Positions 21,553-32,300 of a DNA stretch of 64,000 nt are shown piece by piece; position 1 is the first letter of the stretch; the number at the start of each line of letters is the position of its first letter. The notes under the pieces are model-generated. The model was not told the DNA's origin, did no database searches, and saw only the letters and a program-made list of their open reading frames with translations. The position numbers and the translations under genes were made by a program. This DNA is from Gordius albopunctatus (Eukaryota), in NCBI GenBank assembly GCA_964276515.1, contig OZ193909.1:17732001-17796000 (forward strand). The letters run 5' to 3'.

Positions 21553-23685
21553 CAGGAAGGGCCGGGACCGGGGCTAACCGCGGGTACCTTTGGTCTAAGA
21601 ATTAAATATGTATTATGTAACATAATCTTTAAATAACGTGAATATATATAATAGATTTTACTAGAGTGGGGCAGGGCCAAGGCCTATAACCTTCCGTTGA
21701 TAGCATGACTTTTCAGTCTATAAAAATGAATTAATGCGATTAATTAATTTATAACAATAATTTGTTTACAAAATAAAACGTTATTACTAGGGTCGGACAG
21801 GGCTGACCTCCGGCGCTGGCATACCATTGGTCTAAATTTTAAATGTGTGCTGTTAATAATGTTTAAATGGCGAGTTAATATGTATGTATCATTTTCTTAA
21901 TTTTACCAGAGTGGGGCCGAGGCCTAACCTTCCGTTGATGGCATGACTTCCAGTCTGTCAATTATATATAAAATCATTAATAAAAAAATAATAATTAATT
22001 GATTTATGGCAATAATTATAAGATGAAATTTTATTACTAGGGTCGGACAGGGGCTGACCTCTGGCGCTGGCATACCATTGGTCTAAGTTTTAAATATGTG
22101 TTATATAACAATTTATAAATGGCGAGTTAATATGTATGTATACTTTTCTTAATTTTACCAGAGTGGGGCCGAGACCTAACCTTCCGTTGATGGCATGACT
22201 TCCAGTCTGTCAATTATATATAAAATCATTAATAAAAAAATAATAATTGATTGATATATGGCAATAATTATAAGATTAAATTTTATTACTAGGGTCGGAC
22301 AGGGGCTGACCTCCGGCGCTGGCATACCATTGGTCTAAATTTTAAATGTGTGTTGTTAATAATGTTTAAATGGCGAGTTAATATGTATGTATCATTTTCT
22401 TAATTTTACCAGAGTGGGGCCGAGGCCTAACCTTCCGTTGATGGCATGACTTCCAGTCTGTCAATTATATATAAAATCAATAATAAAAAAATAATAATTA
22501 ATTGATTTATGGCAATAATTATAAGATTAAATTTTATTACTAGGGTCGGACAGGGGCTGACCTCCGGCGCTGGCATACCATTGGTCTAAATTTTAAATGT
22601 GTGTTGTTAATAATGTTTAAATGGCGAGTTAATATGTATGTATCATTTTCTTAATTTTACCAGAGTGGGGCCGAGGCCTAACCTTCCGTTGATGGCATGA
22701 CTTCCAGTCTGTCAATTATATATAAAATCATTAATAAAAAAATAATAATTAATTGATTTATGGCAATAATTATAAGATTAAATTTTATTACTAGGGTCGG
22801 ACAGGGGCTGACCTCCGGCGCTGGCATACCATTGGTCTAAATTTTAAATGTGTGTTGTTAATAATGTTTAAATGGCGAGTTAATATGTATGTATCATTTT
22901 CTTAATTTTACCAGAGTGGGGCCGAGGCCTAACCTTCCGTTGATGGCATGACTTCCAGTCTGTCAATTATATATAAAATCATTAATAAAAAAATAATAAT
23001 TAATTGATTTATGGCAATAATTATAAGATTAAATGTTATTACTAGGGTAGGACAGGGGCTGACCTCCTCCGGTGATGGCAAACCATTGGTCTGATAATAA
23101 TAATATATAAAACGCATATTATAAGTTGTAATATTACTATATTAATGATATACAATATCATCACGTATGGTTGGTTACCAGGATGGGACAGGGCCAAGGC
23201 ACTTGAGGATGGGGGGTGGGGGGTGGCCTAAAAGTAATATATAAAAAAATATAATTATAAACGCATTCTTTTTGTATTGCCCTTTATGATTAAGGTCCAT
23301 AATTATTAGACCTTGACTAAACAATATTAGTTTTATGAAACGTTTAAATTTTACTTTTTATTGGAATAGGCCGCACAACCAGGTTGTACGCCTCTTCCAC
23401 CTAGCTTTCCTTCTCTCTTTTTTATCTTCCTTCATGATTTTGCGATAACTATTTGGAAAATAAAAAATAATATTTGAATGAAACTTTCAAATTATTAAAA
23501 TTACCCAGCAGCCCACTCTTCGTCACTAGATGTCGAAGGCGTCTCCATCCACTCTATGACTTTCGGGGAATATTTCAACATTGGGTCTTCCGCCTCAATA
23601 ACATTTAAATTTTAGATTTGTTAAAACTTACTTCCAAATTTTTTCCCACTGTAAAACAATTTAGAGTTGCTAGGCACTTAAACAT
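21553..23685 (-). CDS. Orphan gene: three 5' exons plus a tandem array of 14 micro-exons (42-56 nt); 257-aa Pro/Gly-rich repeat protein or 77-aa basic protein depending on the exon-3 donor
   Basis: Exons 23632-23685, 23505-23593 and 23380-23448 join in phase (MFKCLATLNCFTVGKNLE-AEDPMLKYSPKVIEWMETPSTSSDEEWAAG-YRKIMKEDKKERRKARWKRRTTW). They are followed by 23179-23227, 23043-23090 and alternating 48/45-nt exons, each flanked by AG and GTAA within AT-rich 75-83-nt introns. Confidence 0.6.
21760..23090. repeat. Tandem repeat, 251-bp unit, about 5.3 near-identical copies, itself a dimer of ~125-bp exon+intron monomers
   Basis: Block ccagagtggggccgaggcctaaccttccg recurs at 21906, 22158, 22409, 22660, 22911; block ctagggtcggacaggggctgacc recurs at 21787, 22037, 22289, 22540, 22791, 23042. 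Confidence 0.97.
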
Positions 23686-23743
23686 TTAGAAATGATAATG
23701 AGGCAAATTAAGTTCAAAAATCAATATAAAACATAGCATTATA

Positions 23744-23751
23744 TGACGTCA
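23744..23751. promoter_or_regulatory. Perfect CRE palindrome TGACGTCA about 60 bp upstream of the orphan gene ATG
   Basis: atatgacgtcatt at 23741-23753; adjacent TATAA-like sequence on the minus strand and a CCAAT at ~23776. Confidence 0.4.
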
Positions 23752-24119
23752 TTTTAATTACGTAGTAAACCTAACCAATAAAATAAATAGAATCTATAAT
23801 ATTTAGATTAGGTATATTTTTTCTGGGGAAAATATAGATATGAATAATTAAGACAAAACCCTTTATCTAAGACCATCTTTTTAAATCTTAATACCCCCCC
23901 CCCCTTGGAAACAAAAATTCCCTAACTAATTAAATCGTCAAGAGTATATAAAAAGGGACCATAAGACAGGTTAAATAATACTTTTAAAATAGTGATAACA
24001 TAAGTATAATAAAAAAAAGTATTTCGTATTCTCAAAATTCAGATCTTTGTAGTTATCTCCATCACTGTCATAATACCTTTAAAATGAGATTTTTCGAAAA
24101 AAATCTTAATTCAATTAAT

Positions 24120-24345
24120 CGACTAAGGTGGTATGGATGGGCATATAGCGAGAATGGAAACGAATGATGTAAATCGAAAAGTACTGGACATGGAGGTACC
24201 GGGGAAGAAAGGAAGAGTACGACCTGGTGTCATGTGGAACGGGCAAGTGGACAAAGTTACGAAAACTAAGAAGCTTAATCAAGACATGTCCTAGCCCTAT
24301 AAGATGGAAGAAATTCATCAAAACAGACCCCACGACTGTAAAGAA
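24120..24345 (+). mobile_element. RTE LINE 3'-end fragment
   Basis: RLRWYGW...KVLDMEVPG...RWKKFIKTDPT; homologous to 20800-21020. Confidence 0.8.
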
Positions 24346-27300
24346 AAGGATAATACCTAAATTAATTCCCATTAAATGTTATGCTTAATTAGAGTATGAA
24401 TATAATACGTAATGTTTCGAGATCCTGATTTCAATCTTTCAGGTTTAGTTCCTCAATTTGAAAATAAACTTCCTTTCTGATTCTTATATATCGCTGGTAA
24501 AAACCTTGAAGCAGCAAAATCGGTTTTGCCACTCAAGTAGTTAAAAAGAAGCTCCAGTGAGAAATGGGTATTTAATCATGCAACTTCGAAATTAAGCACT
24601 TACACCTATTTGATGCAGAAAACTTTAAGCTTACTTTCCTGAGCCTTTTACCTTTTTACTTATCGCCCTATTATCATATCATAATATCCTTAGATTGCGT
24701 CCTGAGAGGCGAATCAACTTCAAACCCTCCAGATTTTATATTGTTTATATTCGATTTAAATACTACAATTTAATTAAATATATCAATATTTGATATTTTG
24801 ACTTTTGCATCGCGCAATTCGCGGTTTAATTGGCCAGTAAAGCGCAAAATTGATATGAAGCGTTTTATTAAGGATACACCTTTCACTTGAATATATTAGT
24901 TTTTTTGGCACGTTTTAAAATCGCTTATAAGACTCCTAATACAGGATAATTAATTAGGATACTCGATGCGGTAAGCTAGAATACGAGGTTTAAAGATTAT
25001 CACAATATTAAAAAGAACCCATGAATATAAAATTCTGACTTTTAAAATTACTTAAACGTTTAAAGTATAACAAATGAAAGGGAATTATATGACTAATAGA
25101 AAAGTTTGCGAGTTTGTGAAACTGACCTAAATACTGAATATATAAATATATCGAATTGTGAAAATTTTTAGATCAAGTCACAAAGATTAATATGTTTCTA
25201 AATATATTTTTTCTTAAATATTTCAAGAAGTCATGTGCAAATAACATTTTATTATTAAAAATACTTTTATTCTTATTTAATGATCTCGCTCAAAATAGTT
25301 GTTACATAGATATTGCAAAAAATTTAAGAAGTTTATTATTAATAACTTGTAAATTAATCTTTCGAAATTTTCAAAACATACTTTTTGTGAAGACTAAGTC
25401 ATCTCTAAGGTTAAAACGTAAAAATATTAATTGGAATATAAAATCGAACGACAAAAAAGCATTTAGTATGATCTATTACAGAGAGGGTCAATTTATAGCT
25501 AATGCTACTCTCAAACTCTTGCCCATCAAATCATTGACTATTGGGAAGAACATTACAAAAATTACTAAACAAAAATGAGGATTTATTAATCATTGCCAAA
25601 CGTGACAACTTTGAATTCGACTAATAACTAGACGTAAGAGAAGAATACTTTGATCTGGCATTTCAAAGAGGAGTCGTAATGAACCAGATTATATACCTAT
25701 GGAAGTTTTAGAAGTGCGGGGGACTTTAGGTATTCATTTCCCTCAATAATATTCAACATACTTGAGGAAAAGCTTGGTATACCAACATATAAAATGAAAG
25801 GAGATGTAAAAGAGAAGACCTACCCAGTGATAAAGTCAAGGCTGGCAAAGAAGGTGTGAGAAAGGGTGCTGGATATAGATAGCTAAGCAGCATCCTAACA
25901 AAAGTTATAACACTTGTATACATTCACACTCTCTATTTTAACCCTGACAGGAATAAATGACCACAAAAGACATTCCTACATTTACAATACCATGAATATA
26001 AAATTTGGCATAAACACAGGGCAACCTGAATTTATTTAAAGGTTAAATTATATCGCCCACTAAAAAATGTTTAATATTAATAAAGTGACTTCTTTCTATG
26101 AGGGTTTGTTACCTAAACTGGTGGTAAGTCCTTTCTACACCAATTTCCAATTGTTTATATATTTACATTCATTTATATTTATCTTGTGCAATATAATATA
26201 ATATTGGGTCTTATTCTATAAAAAAAGAGAGAGCTCAACTTCTTCTTTCTATGACTGTTTATGACCTAGGCTAGTGGACAGTTCTCATTAATCTTCATTG
26301 TCTCTAGATTCAGGTCTTGATTTATCTTTTTATTTATATATCGTGCTTTATCTTATGATCCCCGTAAGGTTGTGTATTTCTTTTTCTCGAACTTTATCTA
26401 CTGGCCATCAATGTTAGTCTATTTGCTAACAGCTCTGTCATAAATTTTGTACCCAGATTTTTCCTTATTCTTTTTTTTACGTTACTGTTCTATTTTGCTT
26501 ACTCTTAATTTATCTTAGCATTCTCATCTCTATGGGCGCTAGGCGTTGCTCTTCCCTATTACGTATAGCCCATGATTCCGAGCTATACTAATAGACTGCT
26601 CATTCCTTCTTAAAAATTGTACCCCATTTTGGCAGCCATTTTTATAAGTAAAACATAAATTTTGGCCAATTTATATGGCTTGATAAATTTTTAAAATCGC
26701 TATAATGATTAAAATGGGTTGTTTCATGTTATAAGATCAATGATTATTGTCCAATGCAATCAATCGCTATACAAACTCTACTTCACTTATTAAAATGGCG
26801 GTCGTTTTTAGCAACACTTTTGATTCGTGAATATATAAGAGATGAGCAGTCTTTTGGTCTATGGCTATACAGGACTGTTGTCTGTATGATTGACCTATAT
26901 AGTTTTATTTATTTATTTATTTATTTGATTATTTATTAATTTAATTAATTTATTTTATTTATTATTAAATTTATTTTATAATTGCACAAGTAAGCATATT
27001 AAATAACTACACCCAAAATGCGGCTTAGGTTATCTAATACATTTTATGCAATCAGCAGATCACTATCCTTTGTATTGTTGTTTGTGATTTCAAATTAAGA
27101 TTCTATTAAAACTATTAAAATTTACATTTAAACCAATCTGTTATATTAATTATTGTTAGGTAATACCTTACATAAAATGGAAGTGGTTTATCGAGACCTT
27201 TCAATTATCAAATTTAAGAGAAGGGGGACATAAAAAAGATATTATTATTTTGAGACATTTCGTACGGAGAACGATTATCATATAAATAGGGATTTTTAAT

Positions 27301-28533
27301 GTATATCTGGTTAAAACACATCTATCCTCAAAAATAATCAACCCATTTTTATTAATGGCCAAGTGACTAGACCATTAATAAAACCCCATGGTCTAAAACA
27401 TAACTAGCTTAAAATGTTATAAAAAAATATATCAATAAAATGAGTGCTGAAATATTATTATGTGCTCATCCCCTCTTAATATATATAAAGGCGAATTTGT
27501 AAAAATTATAATTTATTGAGTGAAAATACATCGAAATCTTTAGAAGGTAGAGATGGTGTACCCACCAAGCCACCTCCTCTTTTTAAAGATATAGTGTAAA
27601 TCTAAGGCGATAATAATGCTTGACTGACGAAGGGCTTTGTGTTGTGTGACTTACCACCTTTGACTATAATTATGAACGGGAACATTTTATTAGAATAAAA
27701 TGCTATCCCAAAAAATAATTTTTTTCTATAAAATGTGTAAAGCTGTCAGAATCAGAAAGTTTGTTTATTAAAAAATTCTAGCACATTTTAAGGGCTGAGG
27801 GGTAAGGCCGTTTAATTTTGTTTAGAATGTGTATAATTATTAAACCTATAACGTATTCAATTGACGAATTATTAGTGAATTGTTTGAATATTACGTTTTG
27901 TAGGTATTTGACTTAACCATGCAAGTTCCTGCTACAAAGGTAATCTTTAGGTATATCCAAAAGCCGTCATTTAAAAACCGCATTACTATTTAAATAAGAA
28001 ATAATATAATAAAATTAGAAATAATCAACTCATAATAAGATCATTTTATTGGTACTAAGGCCGGGGTGGGGAACTAGAGAAAAATATATTATTATTAGGA
28101 TAACAATGAAAACATATGTTAATTACCAACTCGGATTTTGGTTACAATATTAAAATATATAATTATAGCAATAATATAATCTGTAGTAGCAAATGATATA
28201 CAAATATACGTATTCACATATACAACATCATATATGACAATTACAAAGTCAAACTTCCCAAATAGCAAATTAACAACAGTTAATACCCTATGCTTTACAT
28301 ATCCCATATCTTTTCGACACTATAGTAAAAAGGGTTGATAGTGTATTTTGTTATACCGAAATCATAACAGTTTTAAGGCATTTTTAAATCAGTAAGTATT
28401 GTAAGTAAGAATAAACATTGAAATTCAAGTTAATTCTCCTTGCCTATTTTTTTATATTTTACACTTGTGCTTATCCCTATTAATCCTCTTTTGAGGTGAA
28501 TCAACTCAGCAATTAATAATTTTACTAAAACAC

Positions 28534-28704
28534 CATGGGAGTAGCAGGGGGAGGGCGGGCAGGGAGGGGCGGCTGTCCCCTCAAAATCCAAAATTTGTTG
28601 ATATTTATCAAAATTATGACTTAAATTTTAAAAAATTATTATCTTGCCCCTCCCTAAATCATTATTGCACCTCCCCTCTAATCCAAATGCTGGCTACGCC
28701 CATG
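28534..28704. mobile_element. CATGGGCGTAGCC-family MITE (representative; related copies at ~4147-4315, 7242-7410, 11838-11975, 12200-12335, 32670-32772, 45262-45413, 46436-46590, 55796-55974, 57265-57412, 57791-57925, 59275-59404)
   Basis: Shared TIR catgggcgtagcc / ggctacgcccatg and internal motif ttttgcccctccctaaatcattattgcccccctctaa. Confidence 0.85.
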
Positions 28705-29319
28705 TTCAATACCATAGGTTAAGCTGGCACAAAAGACTTGACGGCTTAACGTTTAAACTATCCTAAATACAAAGTATTATCTCAATTTTCTACAAAACAA
28801 TTGGAAAATAAGATATTATACCTCAAATGATCATTTCTACCAATAGTTTTACAATAATCATTGTTAAAAAATGCAATTTATACTAATTTTGTAGTTTCAT
28901 TAATATTAAATTATTTTTATATCATTTAATAGATATGCAGTGCAATAAATTTATATACCTAGAAATTATCCAAAAAAGGCCTTGTTTACATTAAATTATG
29001 CCAATGAGATTTTAATAAAAATAAATAGACTATCACGTGATTTATTGCAACAACATTTTAACGTGTCTGCGTTCGACCTTATTATAATTGTCATATAAAG
29101 ATTTCGCTAAATTATGAGTGCGCTTAACGTATCAAACTTTTGGCTATAAATTAATCCTTTATACTTCTTTGATGGTGCTTATATAATCGCCGATTTGAGA
29201 ATATTAGTTGATAATACATATCTATCTAATCAATTTACTGTTTACATCAATATATCAATGGATGGAGGCAAATGTAAGATACTCTGATATGGACTATTTT
29301 GGTTAAATTAACGACAAAA

Positions 29320-32300
29320 ATGCCAATTCAAAAATTTGCAAGCCAAGCTTACAATCATAAAGCAAATAACTATACCCATAATCATTTATTATTCAATTCA
29401 TCTGGAGAATCTTTATCATCTAGTCAATACTCTTTTAAAAATGGAACAGGAAGTACTAGTAGCAATTGTAGTTCAAATGATGATTCTCCTGTAGCTAATG
29501 CATCTAATAATTTCTACCCTAACCCACACTCTCTACAAACTAAATCTAAACATTTTGCTCATGATTCAGATAAGGCTTGTGATAAATTAACTGCTCAAAA
29601 TAACTCTAAATTAACTGATCATTTATCTAATGGCCATTTTATTAACATGGATAATAATTTTGCTGCCAATATAAGCGATGCTGATATAAATAAAAGTATG
29701 CCTGATTCCTATGAAAAATTAAATGTACTATATAAAAACAACTCTGTATATTCAACATCTAAAGATAAATCATCAAATACACCAGAATTTAACATAGTTT
29801 CACCTATACATGATTTTTCACCCAACCATTTAATAGAAAGTACAAATAAATGTAAGGATGATGAAAAAACTCCTTTATTATCTTTGAAAACAAATAATGA
29901 AATGAATAACAACCAGGCTAATGAGTCTTTCTTAAAAACACACCTTATCACCACTTCAACTATGCCTACTTTGGAAGAAGGTAATCACAAATCAGAATCC
30001 ACTATAATAATGATAGATGAAGACGATGATGCTAATTGTAATAACAAAGATAGGAAACGAGTCAATGATTTTCTTACACAAAGTTCTTTAAAGTAATATT
30101 TATCTTATGATTAATTTTGGTTACAAAAATTAAATCTAACTTAATCTTTTAAGAACATATTGCTCACATTAACTTATTTTAACATAGTTTGGGGCAAGGA
30201 TATTACAAAAATGGTCAAATGATTAATTACAACATTACACAATCTACATCATTACAAAATTCTATAGACTCATTTGTAAGTTTTTTTATATTATAAATAG
30301 TGAATATAAATATTATATTTGTCGTGGGTGTTTGTGTAAATATTATTAATTGCTATTCAATTTTAATATATTATACAATGTTTTTATAGTTTAACAAAAA
30401 AGTAAAATATTGCGTACCTTTTAAATGTTTTACACTTTGCTTAATTGGAAACTTTCATCGCAATTACTCACAAATTATAAGTAGTTGTTACAAAGTATAG
30501 AAAATAATCATATAAATGCATTGATTAGATATTATATTTTGATGCATCACCTATAAAACTATTATTTTGTGCTTGATGATTGGTCTCTATAGCTCTAAAT
30601 ATTTTGATCCTTTCTCTTGTCATTTTATAAATGCAATAGACATATAATATATACAGCAATGAGATCTATAATTCTGTATACAAAATTTGACTATTACCTA
30701 CAAGAGTTATGTCCTTTTTTAATTAATAAAGTTTTGCAATGTGTAAATTTTTTGTGACATTTGATATTAATAATATGATATTTTATAAATGTTTGTTCCC
30801 CCCCCCCCAAAAAAATGATGATTTTTTAAAATAAATACTGCAATTTGTAATGATATTTTTAGATGTTAGGCAACAATAGTAGGTGGGATAAGGAGGTTAA
30901 AATGGCTGATTTAAGTGCAATAAATAACAGGCCACATCACAGCAACTTTAAGTCATTGGAGCTTGGAATGGCATCTTGCATGGGGAATGTCAACGAAGTC
31001 CAGCAACAAACAACAACTGCAAAATCTAATCACATCAATTCAAAGACTGTCACGGATTATGATGAGCAGATTTGCTTCTTTAATTCTCCATCCAATAGTT
31101 CTTACCATAACACCTTCTCTCCGTATGATGGTTGTAATTTGGATGTAGAAATGAAAGTTATGGTAATAATAAATACATTTATTTCATATATTGTCAATCC
31201 ATTGGATCTTATGATTTGTTTAAGTTTTGTAAAATTTAGCATAATTTCTGTGTTAAAAAATATTGTTTGGTTGAAAAGAAACCTAATTCAATATATTTGA
31301 CTTTTTAAATATTTTTAAACATACTAAACTTAAATATATATATCTAGAATGAAGGGGGAAGTTCAAAAACATTTACACTTGAAACGAGTGCTAAATCTGC
31401 AAATGAAAGTGATATTTTGAAGAAATGTAGCAAGTCAAAAAAGAAGAAGGCTATTACTAACAATGGTAATGCTGAATATTTTGTTTTTTTTACTTATATA
31501 TCTACCTATTACCTTGTTTCAAATTGTTTTTGGAAACAAAATTATATTTATCGTCTGCTTTTAGGTGAGAATAATTTGAATATCTTGCCCTACCCTATGG
31601 ATGATAACTTAACCCGCGTAGCATAGTAAGTGAAATATTTATAAATTTAATGCAAAAAATATGTTCTTCATATTGATCTCATTAATTCTTAGTCCTCAGA
31701 AAGACAATTGCCCAGACAATAATTCTAAAGATTCCAAGTCAAAAAAGGCCAAAAAACGCGAAAAAATAATTAATAAAAATGTAAGTGCTTTATTGCATTT
31801 TGGCATAATTTACGTTTTTATCTAAGTATTTGAATTTAATAGAGAATTTTATAAGTTATTAAGTGCTTTAAAAGCTTTTATTAAGCCTTTGGTAAATGAC
31901 AAAAATAATTGACACATATGCTCTCTTCACTCAAGGTCAAAAATGAATATATAGTTAAAGATGATCAAGGCAAGAAAGATATCAATTTTTTGGTGGCGTT
32001 TATCGAAGGAACTCAAAATTCCTCCACTGCCACAACAACTTACAAAGATTATAAAGTAAAAAAGGCTTATCTCAATTTCAACTACCCTTTCTCTTAGATG
32101 AAATAACAACGATTGCAATACTTAGTAGCCATGAATGAATTTTATTAAGTTGCTCTGTTAATGGCTTATAAATGTTAAATTTTGGAGAGGTAATTTATGC
32201 TGACAAAATATCACTTTTATGAGCATTGAAACCCTTATGTTAGCACCCAAGATTTTCTTTATAGTAAGACACCTGGGACATTCATTTTTTTTGTTAAAAA

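Noticed and set aside
21760..23090. CRISPR-like array or ribozyme-containing satellite
   Set aside because: The spacers are identical rather than unique, the context is eukaryotic with no cas genes, and no hammerhead core (CTGATGA...GAAA) is present. Splice signals explain the block boundaries better.
25192..25578. 128-aa ORF
   Set aside because: AT-rich I/K/N/L-biased translation typical of chance ORFs.
27903..27939. Short exon-like segment with ATG (MQVPATK|gt) upstream of the large gene
   Set aside because: No compatible acceptor linking it in frame to 29320 could be found; may be UTR or chance.
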